Of a stretch of 64,000 nucleotides of DNA, positions 47,285 through 56,820 are shown piece by piece. This stretch comes from Candidatus Kaelpia imicola (lineage in GTDB: Bacteria; Omnitrophota; Gorgyraeia; Kaelpiales; Kaelpiaceae): positions 5,686 to 69,685 of the forward strand of contig JAVCCL010000043.1 in NCBI GenBank assembly GCA_030765505.1. Reading direction: 5' to 3'. The position numbers and the translations under genes were made by a program. A model generated the notes under the pieces. It saw only the letters and a list, made by a program, of their open reading frames with translations, was not told the origin of the DNA and ran no database searches. The stretch's first letter is position 1; every line of letters starts with the position of its first letter.

Positions 47285-47476
47285 ATGATTATTAACGAAG
47301 AAAAGAAATTCTACTCAGTAAGAGAGGTTGCCGGTTATCTCGGTATATCCAAACAGACGCTCCTTAGATATGAGAAGAGAGGGATTTCCCCTAAGGCTAG
47401 GCGTAATCCAATAAATAGATGGAGAGAGTATAGCTGGATAGACATCCAAAAATTAAAAAGAATTCTTGGCAGATGA
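47285..47476 (+). CDS. Stand-alone MerR/BldC-like winged HTH protein
   Basis: YSVREVAGYLGISKQTLLRYEKRG...RNPINRWREYS..DI..L; 63 aa with no effector domain. Confidence 0.85.
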   Translation: MIINEEKKFYSVREVAGYLGISKQTLLRYEKRGISPKARRNPINRWREYSWIDIQKLKRILGR

Positions 47477-47946
47477 TAAGGAATATTTTTTTTATTTTAA
47501 TATTTTTATTATTGTTATATCCTTTTAAAGAGGTTTACTCTCAAGAAAAAGAATCAAGGCTGAGAAATCCTTTTTTAACATCCGAAGAAGAGATGAAAAT
47601 ACTTGGAATTAAACCTACTAAAGCGAAAGGCCGGAAGATTATTCCTTTAGAGAAGCTCAATCTTTCCGGAATCATATATGGAGAAAAAAAAATCGCTATA
47701 ATTAACTCTGAGTTTTACAACGAAGGTGATCTGATAGGAAATTTTACCATTAAAAAGATAGAGCCTTTGAGCGTAATTTTAAATACAGAGAGACGTGAAT
47801 ACGAACTCAAGCTCAAGCATGTTTTGGCTGCAGTAAAAGAGCCTAAAGAGGATCTGGAAAAAGAGACGGTCAAAGAGAAAGAGGATGTTAGCAGGGAAGA
47901 GTGGTCTGATGATATAATTGAGCAATTGCTTGGAGCAACGGAATGA
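47473..47946 (+). CDS. PilP/GspC-like protein
   Basis: Signal/TM, RNPF, L.LSGIIYG..KIAIIN...EGD.I....IKKI; immediately upstream of the secretin. Confidence 0.7.
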   Translation: MIRNIFFILIFLLLLYPFKEVYSQEKESRLRNPFLTSEEEMKILGIKPTKAKGRKIIPLEKLNLSGIIYGEKKIAIINSEFYNEGDLIGNFTIKKIEPLSVILNTERREYELKLKHVLAAVKEPKEDLEKETVKEKEDVSREEWSDDIIEQLLGATE

Positions 47947-50900
47947 TTAGAAATATAATATATTTTCTATCTCTGCTTTCATTGTTAATATTCCCTCCTA
48001 TATTAAATGCTCAGATAGCTTCTGACTTGATGGATGATGATGGTGTGTCTGACAAGCTTACCAAGAACATAAAGATTGAACAGAAAGCCGGCAATCTATA
48101 CAACGTCGAGTTTAGAAATGCGGATATTAAAGATATTATAAGATATTTTGCCCATGAGTATGGACTCAATATTATAGCCGACAAAGATGTTGAAGGTACT
48201 GTTACTGCAAGTCTTGGCAATGTTACCATAAAGCAGGCTTTGGGCCAGATTCTTGATTCTCAGAATTATACTATGATTGAAATAGATAATGTGATTCGTG
48301 TTAAAGCAAAGCTTTCTCCTGTTACGACTTTTAAGCTTCACAATGTTTCAGCCGCAGATATATCAGATAACATGGTTTCTCTTTTGGGGTCAGAAGGCAA
48401 GATGGTTATTGATGAGGTAACCAACTCTATCATGGTGACCGATAGTGATGATAATATTAATATAATGAGGAATTTTATTGAAGGTGTTGATGTAAAAGGG
48501 AGGCAGGTCTTGATAGAAACAAAGTTTGTTGAGACTACCCTGAATACTTCAAAGAATCTCGGCGTAGAGTGGGGGACCACAATTACTGTTCAAGGTGCAG
48601 CCCGGCCGCATACTTTTCCTTTTGGCTCTACAGGTGATAAGTATGCCTTTGGTAATGAAAATGCGCAGATTGGAACAGACGAGGAAGAGAGAAGTAATAT
48701 TGCCGGTTTTCCTGTTGCTGGTAGCGGGGAGTATACATTCGGTACTCTTGATTTTGCACAATTCAAGGCAGTCTTAAAAGCACTTCTAACTGATGACGAT
48801 ACCAAGATTATCTCCAATCCTCAGGTTGCAACATTAAATAATAGACTGGCTACGATAGGTGTCACGACAGAGTATCCTCTTCCTACTTATGAGGTTGATA
48901 GCAGTACCGGGGAGTTGACCGTATCCGGTTATGAATATAAAAATATTGGAATTACACTCAATGTTACCCCTTTTATTGCAAGCGATGATTATATAACTAT
49001 GACTATAGAGCCGACAGTAGGTACTGTGGGTGAGACGATTAGCGTTGGAGATACCGGGTTTAAGCTTCCCATAATAAGTTCTAAAACCGCCACTACGAAA
49101 GTGACTATAAAGAACGGAGAGACTATTGTAATAGGCGGTCTTATCAGTACCGAAAAGATAAAGTCCACGACCAAAGTGCCTCTGTTGGGCAGCATACCTC
49201 TTTTAGGTAAGCTTTTTTCTTATGAGGGGACTAGTGACTATAGCTCAGAACTTTTAATATTTGTTACGCCTCACATTCTTAACCTTGAAGGAGACGAAGA
49301 GCTCAAGAGGGAAAAGATAGATGAGCTATACGAAGATATAGATAGGTTGATGTTTGATGAAGACTACGGGGCTGTTATATCTAAGGTTGACGAGATTTTA
49401 GAGTTAGACAAAGGAGAAGAGAGAGCTAAAGATTTAAAGGTTAAAGCCGAAGAGAATATCAAGCAGAAAGAGAAAGAGGAAGAGGGGAAGGCGGAAGAGA
49501 GAGAGGCATTTTTGAGATCCCTTTGGAGGGAGGCCAATAGTCTCTATGCAGGGGGGGAGTATCAGCAGGCAAAGGATAAGTATATCTATATTCTGGCAGA
49601 GAGCCCTGATGATAAGATGGCGGTTAAAATGCTCAAGAGGTCTCAGGAAAAGGTAGAGGCTATTAAGGAAAACGATTTGTACTCACTTATCAGAGAAGGC
49701 AAATCTTATTATAGAGAGAATGATTTTAATAAAGCTCTGGCCTCTTTTAGAGAAGCTTTAGTTATAGATCCTACAAACAGAGCTATTTCAAATTATATAG
49801 TTGATATTGAATTAAAGTTAACCCAGGAAGAATTAGGTAAGGTTGAGAAGCCGCTTGAAGAGATAGAGAGAGAGAAGAGAGTCCAATCTCTCTGGGAGGA
49901 GGCGAATAGTTTTTATGCAGCTATGAATTATGAGGGAGCCCGTAATATCTATACTCGGATACTCGCTTTAGAGTCTGACAATAAATCTGCCATGGATATG
50001 CTTAAGAGATCCGAAGAGAAGATAGGACAGCAATTGAGCGAGAGAGCATCCGCTCTCCTTCTTAGCGCTGAGAAGTCTTTTAGGAAGAGAGAGTATTCTC
50101 AGGCTTTAGAGAGTTACTATAGTGTTCTTCAAATAGACCCTGATAATGAAGATGCAGAACTTGGTATTACCGAACTGAACAAATATATTCAGGAGAGAGA
50201 AGAAGATAAGCAGGTTGCCTTGGATCTTAATAGGGCTTTAAAACTATATCAGGGCGGTAGTTATAGCGAAGCAAAGTTTGTATTAGATAAGATACTTAGT
50301 AAGAGACCTGATAATGAAGAGGCTTCTAAATATAGAAGGCTGTCTATCCAAAAGATAAATAAAGATAAAGATATAGCTCAGCTCTGGGAGGAAGCAAATA
50401 GATATTATACTGCCAGGGATTATGAAAGAGCCCTTGATATCTATACCCAGATACTTGCGTTAGAGCCTGACAGCAGGTCTGCTATGGATATGCTTGATAG
50501 ATGCGAGGATAAGCTAAAAGTTGAGAAAGACGAAGTACTTAGTTCTCTGCTTGTTAAGGCTAGAAAATCTTCGAGGAAGAAGGATTATACGGGGGCTTTA
50601 AGCTATTTTGAAAAGGTTCTTGAGATTGATCCCGGTAATAGAGAGGCGGATAGTGAGATAGTTGAGATTCAAGGATTGATAGAACAGGAGACTTTTAAAA
50701 AGAGTCTGGATAAAGCTCTGCTGAGTGCTAAGAGTCTATATAAACAGGGCAGCTTTAAGGAGGCTAAGATTATATTAAACGGAATCATAGAGAAGAGCCC
50801 AGAGAACAGAGAGGCCTTGGGATATCTTGAGCTCTGCTCGCTTAAGATAGCCAAAGAGAAAAAAACGGCTTTATTATGGCAAGAGGCTGATACTCTTTTT

Positions 50901-53090
50901 TCTAAAGGTGATTATGGGTTGGCGCGTCAAAAGTATGCTCAGATTCTCTCTATAGATTCAGGTGGGAAGGTAGCTTTGGTTAAAATAAATAAATGTGAGG
51001 AGAAGCTTGAGAAGGCAGAAGAGCGGAAGATAGCTGCTTTACTTACTTCAGGTAGGATTGAGTATAAGAGAAAAGAATATTTGAAAGCACTGGAACGCTT
51101 TGAAAAGGTTTTAAAGTTAGACCCTGCTAATCAGGATGCGGTAACTGAGATGATAAAAGTGGAGAACGCGCTTAAAGAGCAGAGCTGGCCTCAAGAAGAA
51201 AAATTAGATTCTGCTGATTTAAGGTCTAAGATTGCTGAGAGTGAAAGAGCGAGTCAGCTCTGGGAGGAAGCCAACAAGCTATATGCTGAAAGAGCATATC
51301 TTAAGGCGCTTAAGAAGTATGCTAGCATTGTAACTATTGAACCTGAAAATCAGTCTGCTCTTGAGATGCTGAATAGATGCGAAGATAAGATTGAGATTAA
51401 AAGGAGTAGAGAGGTTTCATCTCTTTTAGTTATGGGCGAGAAGGCAAGGAGGAGCGGCAATTACGATAAGGCACTGGAGTATTTTGAACGAGTTTTAGAG
51501 TTGGAGCCTGCCAATAAAGAGGCTGATGGTAAAATTCTGGAGATAGCCTTGCAAAAGGATGGTAAAAGAGGGGCTAAGAAGAAGAGCCTTGAATTGGCTA
51601 AAAGAGAGAGCAAGGAAGAGGAGCTGAAGATCTTATGGGAAGAAGCAAACATGTATTACAGTCAGAAAGATTTTAAGTCTGCCTGGGATAAATATGCCGA
51701 CATTCTCTCTCTTGACCCAGAAGATAAGATTGCCAATGATATGCTTAATAGATGCGAGGATAGGCTCTATGAGACTAAAGTAAAAGAGATCTCATCCTTG
51801 CTTCTATCTGCCTCAAGAGAGTTTCGTAATAAAAATTATGATAGAGCTCTTAAATATTATCAGGATGTTCTTCAGATAGACCCTGACAGCAAAGAAGCAA
51901 GAAGGAGTATAGAGGATATCTATAAGAGTATGAGGTCTCTTGAGATGGCAGAGAGGGTTAAAGGCGATCTGGTTAAAGCGAAATCTCTTTATAGTAAAGG
52001 AAGGTTTAAAGAAGCGGAGATCATGTTGGATGAGTTATTAAAATTAGATTCTAAAAATAGAGAGATTCAGAAGTATCTTACTTTGACAATCGAGGCTATA
52101 AGGCAAAAACAGGATTTAAAAAATTTCTGGGAGGAAGCCAATAGTCTCTATGCCGAGGGAGAGTATGAGTTAGCCTGGAGGAAGTATAGCGATATTCTTG
52201 TAATTGACTCTAACGATGAAGTTGCTCGTCAGATGGTCAAAAAGTGCCGGAGTAAGATCCAGCAGTATAATATAAAAGAGATTTCGGCTTTACTCTCTGC
52301 AGGAGAGAAATATTTAGTTAAAGGCGAGAATCAGAAGGCATTGAATTACTTTATGAGAGTTTTAGAGTTGGACCCTGCCAATAAAGGGGCGGAAGAGAAT
52401 ATCTCCAAAATAAAAGATAGTCTTAGGGCTGAAGAGATAGAGCCTTATAAGGGCAAAAGAGAAAAAGAGATAGGTGCATTATATCTAAGCGGTGTTAAAA
52501 ATTATGATAAGGCTGATTATGATAAGGCTATATATCTTTTTGAGAAGGTTTTAATAGCTGATCCTACTCATGAGAATGCATATCGATATTTAGAGATGGC
52601 CCATAAGAGAAAGAGTATGGCTGAGAGTGAAGTTGCAGTAGAGGTTGATTTCAAAACAGCTGTTGAGGATGTTATCTCTATAGAAGATATATTAGAAGAG
52701 AAGAGTTTGACAGAAAAAGAGATAAGAGAGTTATATAGAGGAGCAGTAAGATTATACAAGAAGAAGGAGTATCAGAAGGCCTTGGATAAATTTAGATCTT
52801 TATCTCAATTAGACTCCAAATATCAAAAGGCATCCAAGAAAAAGATCAAGGCATGTTTGGAAAAGATAAGAAAACCACTTCCCTTGGATAAAGTTGAAGA
52901 GAAGTACCAGCTTGGCTTGGATTACTTTAAAAAAGATCTCTACAAGAAGAGTATTCAGCTTTTCTTAGAGGTGTTGGACTTAAAGCCTAAATATAAAGAT
53001 GCCAGAAAGTATCTTAAGTTATCAAGGGATAGGCTTCAGATGATGGACTCACTTGGTGATTTCGAGCAGGCTGCTATTGAGGATAAATGA
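47943..53090 (+). CDS. pilQ: Secretin (PilQ/GspD) fused to a very long C-terminal TPR-like repeat region
   Basis: Signal peptide, N0 (FRNADIKDII), one N3-like domain (DEVTNSI.V.D), QVLIETKFVE, ISNPQVATLNN, GITLNVTP, GETIVIGGL, KVPLLGSIPLLGKLF and ELLIFVTPHI (about aa 445), then about 1260 aa of helical repeats. Confidence 0.88.
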   Translation: MIRNIIYFLSLLSLLIFPPILNAQIASDLMDDDGVSDKLTKNIKIEQKAGNLYNVEFRNADIKDIIRYFAHEYGLNIIADKDVEGTVTASLGNVTIKQALGQILDSQNYTMIEIDNVIRVKAKLSPVTTFKLHNVSAADISDNMVSLLGSEGKMVIDEVTNSIMVTDSDDNINIMRNFIEGVDVKGRQVLIETKFVETTLNTSKNLGVEWGTTITVQGAARPHTFPFGSTGDKYAFGNENAQIGTDEEERSNIAGFPVAGSGEYTFGTLDFAQFKAVLKALLTDDDTKIISNPQVATLNNRLATIGVTTEYPLPTYEVDSSTGELTVSGYEYKNIGITLNVTPFIASDDYITMTIEPTVGTVGETISVGDTGFKLPIISSKTATTKVTIKNGETIVIGGLISTEKIKSTTKVPLLGSIPLLGKLFSYEGTSDYSSELLIFVTPHILNLEGDEELKREKIDELYEDIDRLMFDEDYGAVISKVDEILELDKGEERAKDLKVKAEENIKQKEKEEEGKAEEREAFLRSLWREANSLYAGGEYQQAKDKYIYILAESPDDKMAVKMLKRSQEKVEAIKENDLYSLIREGKSYYRENDFNKALASFREALVIDPTNRAISNYIVDIELKLTQEELGKVEKPLEEIEREKRVQSLWEEANSFYAAMNYEGARNIYTRILALESDNKSAMDMLKRSEEKIGQQLSERASALLLSAEKSFRKREYSQALESYYSVLQIDPDNEDAELGITELNKYIQEREEDKQVALDLNRALKLYQGGSYSEAKFVLDKILSKRPDNEEASKYRRLSIQKINKDKDIAQLWEEANRYYTARDYERALDIYTQILALEPDSRSAMDMLDRCEDKLKVEKDEVLSSLLVKARKSSRKKDYTGALSYFEKVLEIDPGNREADSEIVEIQGLIEQETFKKSLDKALLSAKSLYKQGSFKEAKIILNGIIEKSPENREALGYLELCSLKIAKEKKTALLWQEADTLFSKGDYGLARQKYAQILSIDSGGKVALVKINKCEEKLEKAEERKIAALLTSGRIEYKRKEYLKALERFEKVLKLDPANQDAVTEMIKVENALKEQSWPQEEKLDSADLRSKIAESERASQLWEEANKLYAERAYLKALKKYASIVTIEPENQSALEMLNRCEDKIEIKRSREVSSLLVMGEKARRSGNYDKALEYFERVLELEPANKEADGKILEIALQKDGKRGAKKKSLELAKRESKEEELKILWEEANMYYSQKDFKSAWDKYADILSLDPEDKIANDMLNRCEDRLYETKVKEISSLLLSASREFRNKNYDRALKYYQDVLQIDPDSKEARRSIEDIYKSMRSLEMAERVKGDLVKAKSLYSKGRFKEAEIMLDELLKLDSKNREIQKYLTLTIEAIRQKQDLKNFWEEANSLYAEGEYELAWRKYSDILVIDSNDEVARQMVKKCRSKIQQYNIKEISALLSAGEKYLVKGENQKALNYFMRVLELDPANKGAEENISKIKDSLRAEEIEPYKGKREKEIGALYLSGVKNYDKADYDKAIYLFEKVLIADPTHENAYRYLEMAHKRKSMAESEVAVEVDFKTAVEDVISIEDILEEKSLTEKEIRELYRGAVRLYKKKEYQKALDKFRSLSQLDSKYQKASKKKIKACLEKIRKPLPLDKVEEKYQLGLDYFKKDLYKKSIQLFLEVLDLKPKYKDARKYLKLSRDRLQMMDSLGDFEQAAIEDK

Positions 53091-53410
53091 ATTTTAAAGA
53101 GAGTAAGGTCCGCATAATATTAGATAAAAATTTTAAAGATGACCCCATTATTATTATTCGGGGCAGTGTTATAGACGAAAATGATAACGGAATTCTGGTA
53201 ACAGGCAGAATCTTCATGAAGGTGGTCGAAGATGGAAGAATGGTTGAGAAACCTATTGATAATGAGACAAAACTGCTATTTACTCCCTTTAAAAGTATAA
53301 GGTTTCTGGAGTTTGTTATAGCCGGTTCTAAATATGATGCTCTGCATAAAAAGGTTTTAAAAGAGGCTCCTCTTGACTCTTCCCAGATCAACAGGGAAGG
53401 GGCATTTTAA
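53087..53410 (+). CDS. Hypothetical protein, possible Sm/LSm-like fold
   Basis: Translationally coupled to the secretin (ATGA overlap). Pattern KVRIIL...RGSVIDENDNGILV...LFTPFKSIRFLE. Confidence 0.55.
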   Translation: MNFKESKVRIILDKNFKDDPIIIIRGSVIDENDNGILVTGRIFMKVVEDGRMVEKPIDNETKLLFTPFKSIRFLEFVIAGSKYDALHKKVLKEAPLDSSQINREGAF

Positions 53411-53437
53411 TAATATCAAATATCAAAAAATATAGAG

Positions 53438-54439
53438 ATGATGAGTAATATCTGTGTATTGGGAGATGGCGGCTGGGGAACGACGGTGGCAATCTTATTA
53501 CAGCAGAAAGGTCATCAGGTTACTCTTTGGAGTTATGATCCTGATTATGCTTTGATTCTGGATAAAGAGAGAGAGAATAAGAGATTTTTCCCGGGTATTA
53601 AAATCCCCCCAGGGATAAGCATTACTTCAAATCTTAGTCTGGCAGTATCAGATAAAGAGATTATTATTCTAGCTGTTCCATCTATATATATAAGAGCTGT
53701 TTTGAGCAGGCTATCTGGATTTAAGAAAGATATTATCTTTGTCAGCCTTGCAAAAGGTATAGAGCAGGAGAGTTTTAAGCGTGTTTCTGAAATAATCTGT
53801 GAGGAGTTGGATAAAGTCAAAATGGCAGTTCTCTCCGGTCCGGCCATAGCATATGAAGTTGCTAAAAAGAGTCCCTCCAGCGTTGTTGTTGCTTCAGAAG
53901 ATGACCGGGTTGCTAAAATAGTGCAGGAGTTATTCTTTACCCCCGTTTTCAGGGTCTATACAAGCAGTGACGTTATAGGTCTTGAGCTAGGAGGTGCTTT
54001 AAAGAATGTTATTGCCATAGCAGCGGGGATATGCGATGGACTTGGATTTGGAACCAACACAAAGGCAGCCTTATTATCCCGTGGATTGGCAGAGATGGTT
54101 AGGTTCGGCAGGAGCCAAGGTGCTCTATCAGAGACTCTCTTTGGTTTGAGCGGATTGGGTGATATGGTAACAACCTCTTTTAGCTTAAAGAGTAGGAATA
54201 GGACTTTGGGAGAGGAGATAGGCAGGGGTGCTAAGTTAGATGATGTATTAAGGAACAAAAATACTGTAGCAGAGGGAATATATACAGTTAAAGCGCTGCA
54301 TGGTTTTACAAAAAGCAGCAAGATAGAGATGCCTATTGCAGAGCAGATTTATCGAGTGCTTTATAATAATAAAGATCCTTATAAAGCAGTCTCTGATTTA
54401 ATGGCCAGAGAAGCAAAGCCAGAGTCCTATAGTTGTTGA
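53438..54439 (+). CDS. gpsA: NAD(P)H-dependent glycerol-3-phosphate dehydrogenase
   Basis: GDGGWGT, KGIE, LSGP, GGALKNVIAIAAG, GLGD and SRN. Confidence 0.95.
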   Translation: MMSNICVLGDGGWGTTVAILLQQKGHQVTLWSYDPDYALILDKERENKRFFPGIKIPPGISITSNLSLAVSDKEIIILAVPSIYIRAVLSRLSGFKKDIIFVSLAKGIEQESFKRVSEIICEELDKVKMAVLSGPAIAYEVAKKSPSSVVVASEDDRVAKIVQELFFTPVFRVYTSSDVIGLELGGALKNVIAIAAGICDGLGFGTNTKAALLSRGLAEMVRFGRSQGALSETLFGLSGLGDMVTTSFSLKSRNRTLGEEIGRGAKLDDVLRNKNTVAEGIYTVKALHGFTKSSKIEMPIAEQIYRVLYNNKDPYKAVSDLMAREAKPESYSC

Positions 54440-54472
54440 TTTTTAACTCTAATATGCAGTATGTTTATTTAG

Positions 54473-54547
54473 CGGGGCGTAGCGCAGCATGGCTAGCGCG
54501 CCTGAATGGGGTTCAGGAGGTCGGGAGTTCGAGTCTCCCCGCCCCGA
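54473..54547 (+). tRNA. tRNA-Pro, anticodon GGG
   Basis: Acceptor CGGGGCG/CGCCCCG+A, anticodon stem CCTGA/TCAGG with loop AT-GGG-GT, T-arm GGGAG-TTCGAGT-CTCCC. Confidence 0.95.
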
Positions 54548-54636
54548 TTTACCTTTGCAACTTAAGGTTGTAAGATAATAATAAGATATGGTAACATATA
54601 TAAAATAGTTCAACCTTTTAACAAGAGGAGGCATGT

Positions 54637-54780
54637 ATGGAAGCATATTGTGTAAAGTGTAAATCAAAAAAAGAGATGCAGGAAGGAGAAGAGGTTACTC
54701 TTAAGAACGGCCGTAGAGCTATGAAGGGGAAGTGTCCTGATTGCGGTACGTCTTTATTTCGCATTCTAGGTTCTAAATAG
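54637..54780 (+). CDS. 47-aa zinc-ribbon protein (DUF5679-like), missed by the ORF track
   Basis: SD GAGGAGG; MEAYCVKCKSKKEMQEGEEVTLKNGRRAMKGKCPDCGTSLFRILGSK. Confidence 0.85.
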   Translation: MEAYCVKCKSKKEMQEGEEVTLKNGRRAMKGKCPDCGTSLFRILGSK

Positions 54781-54799
54781 TGATAGGAAAGTAGCAAGG

Positions 54800-55147
54800 G
54801 TGGATTTATACCGGAAAGCAAAGTTCATTGCCGGTCTTATTCAGGATAAGGACGGAGATGATGTTGTGTTGATACATATGGGTCAAGCAGTGAGCTTTAC
54901 TGTTTTTTTTGTTATCTGCAGTGCTAATTCACACCGGCAAGTTAAAACAATAGTTGATTATATAATCTCAAATACCAAAAAGAATAAGATTAAAATCTGG
55001 CATACTGAAGGTTATGAGAGTGCAGATTGGGTATTGCTTGATTATGGAGATATAGTGGTACATATATTTATGGAAGAGCAGAGATTATTTTATGAGTTAG
55101 AGAGGTTATGGCGCGACCTCCCCTTGGAGCATATTGGGGCAGCTTGA
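54800..55147 (+). CDS. rsfS: Ribosome silencing factor
   Basis: DKDG.DV, FVICSANSHRQV, WVLLDYGDIVVHIF and R.FYELERLW. Confidence 0.93.
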   Translation: MDLYRKAKFIAGLIQDKDGDDVVLIHMGQAVSFTVFFVICSANSHRQVKTIVDYIISNTKKNKIKIWHTEGYESADWVLLDYGDIVVHIFMEEQRLFYELERLWRDLPLEHIGAA

Positions 55148-55166
55148 CGGTTAATTTTTTATTGTT

Positions 55167-56819
55167 ATGTTAAATATAGAGGATAGACTAAAAGGATATC
55201 TAGTTGAGATTGCAGCTGGCTGGGGTATTGGCGATTTGAGTATTGAGGTGGGTACTCCTCGCTCTAGGGAGTATGGAGATCTCTCAACCAATATAGCCTT
55301 AAAACTATCTAAATCTTTAAAAAAGAAGCCTAAAGATATAGCAGCCAGTATCCTATTAAAGCTTAAAGAAGATTTTAAGGATGTTTTTGATAATATCGAG
55401 ATTGCGGAGCCGGGATTTATAAACTTCTATTTCTCGGTAGAGTATCTCTATGAATTTTTGGGGGATATATTAAAAGATGAGGGAGTCTTTTTAAATAATA
55501 TAGGGAAAGAGAAGAAGGTTCTTATTGAGTTTGTATCTGCGAACCCAACAGGCCCGCTCTCTATTGCTCACGGGAGGCAGGCTGCTGTAGGTGCTTCATT
55601 AGCCAGGATACTTGACTCTTCGGGGTATAAAGTGGATAAAGAGTATTATGTCAACGATGAGGGCAATCAGATAAATCTGCTGGGTGAATCTTTGCGGGTG
55701 AGGTGTTTAGAGCTTCTTGGAAAAGAATCCGAGCTGCCTGACGAAGGTTATCAGGGTGAATATTTAATTGATATGGCGAAAAAGATAGTGAAGGATGAGG
55801 AGATAAGCATAGAAGATATAGAGAGCAGAGAGCTTAATTATTTCTCTGAGTATGCATTGAAGTGGATTCTTTCCGGGATTAAAAGTTCTCTTTCTGATTT
55901 TGGAGTCGATTTTGAGAACTGGGTTTCCCAGAGAGATGCTGCTTCTAAAAATTCCGTGGAGGATGTTATAGCCAGGCTAAAGTCTAAAAACTGTACTTAT
56001 GAGCAGGATGATGCATTATGGTTTAAATCCAGTGATTTTGGCGATAGTCAGGACAGGGTTGTTGTTAAAAATGATGGAGATTATACTTATTTTATTGCTG
56101 ATATTGCCTACCATCTGGATAAATATAAGAGAGAGTACGATCTTGTAATAGATATCTGGGGTCCTGATCATCATGGTTATATCAAAAGAGTCGAAGCTGC
56201 CTTGAATGCTTTAGGGTATGAGGCAAAGAAACTGAAAGTTTTAATTGTTCAGCTGGCTACACTATATAGAGACGGTAAGCCTATTAAGCTCTCGACAAGA
56301 CGCAATGAGACTATAACCTTGGATGAGGTTATATCTGAGATTGGCTCCGATGCAACTCTCTTTTTTCTCTTGAACAGAAAGCTGGATAGTCATCTTGATT
56401 TTGACCTAGAGTTTGCTAAGAAGAAGAGCATGGATAACCCTGTATACTATATCCAGTATGCACATGCTAGGATCTCAAACATCATAAGTTTTGCAGAGCA
56501 GAACAGCATAGATTTAAGAGAGTCTCTCACCTCTGATTTAGCAGCTAATTTAAGAGAGCCGGAGGAAAAAGATATCCTGCGCAGCTTGGTGCAATTTTCT
56601 AGAATAATAAAGATATCTGCTCTTACAATGGAGCCCTCTCTTATTGCGGCATATCTACACGAGCTTGCTCAGCAGTTCCACAGTTTTTATAATAAGTATA
56701 GGGTTGTTACAGATTCTGCTGCATTGACAAAAGCACGGCTCTATCTCTGTTCTGCAATCCAGATTGTGCTGAAGAGAGGTTTGGGATTACTCGGGATATC
56801 TGCTCCCGATAGCATGTAG
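55167..56819 (+). CDS. argS: Arginyl-tRNA synthetase
   Basis: GDLSTNIA, PGFINF, EFVSANPTGPLSIAHGR, EYYVND.G.Q, GPDHHGY, YYIQYAHARI and DALR-type C-terminus. Confidence 0.94.
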   Translation: MLNIEDRLKGYLVEIAAGWGIGDLSIEVGTPRSREYGDLSTNIALKLSKSLKKKPKDIAASILLKLKEDFKDVFDNIEIAEPGFINFYFSVEYLYEFLGDILKDEGVFLNNIGKEKKVLIEFVSANPTGPLSIAHGRQAAVGASLARILDSSGYKVDKEYYVNDEGNQINLLGESLRVRCLELLGKESELPDEGYQGEYLIDMAKKIVKDEEISIEDIESRELNYFSEYALKWILSGIKSSLSDFGVDFENWVSQRDAASKNSVEDVIARLKSKNCTYEQDDALWFKSSDFGDSQDRVVVKNDGDYTYFIADIAYHLDKYKREYDLVIDIWGPDHHGYIKRVEAALNALGYEAKKLKVLIVQLATLYRDGKPIKLSTRRNETITLDEVISEIGSDATLFFLLNRKLDSHLDFDLEFAKKKSMDNPVYYIQYAHARISNIISFAEQNSIDLRESLTSDLAANLREPEEKDILRSLVQFSRIIKISALTMEPSLIAAYLHELAQQFHSFYNKYRVVTDSAALTKARLYLCSAIQIVLKRGLGLLGISAPDSM

Positions 56820-56820
56820 C

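Noticed and set aside
49300-53050. Recurrent DNA words (CTCTGGGAGGAAGC...) as a CRISPR or non-coding repeat array
   Set aside because: They are in-frame, degenerate at third codon positions and irregularly spaced by more than 150 bp, so they are protein repeats. No cas genes or CRISPR array were seen.
54449-54821. Two minus-strand ORFs (72 aa and 67 aa)
   Set aside because: They are antisense to tRNA-Pro and to the real 47-aa zinc-ribbon gene.
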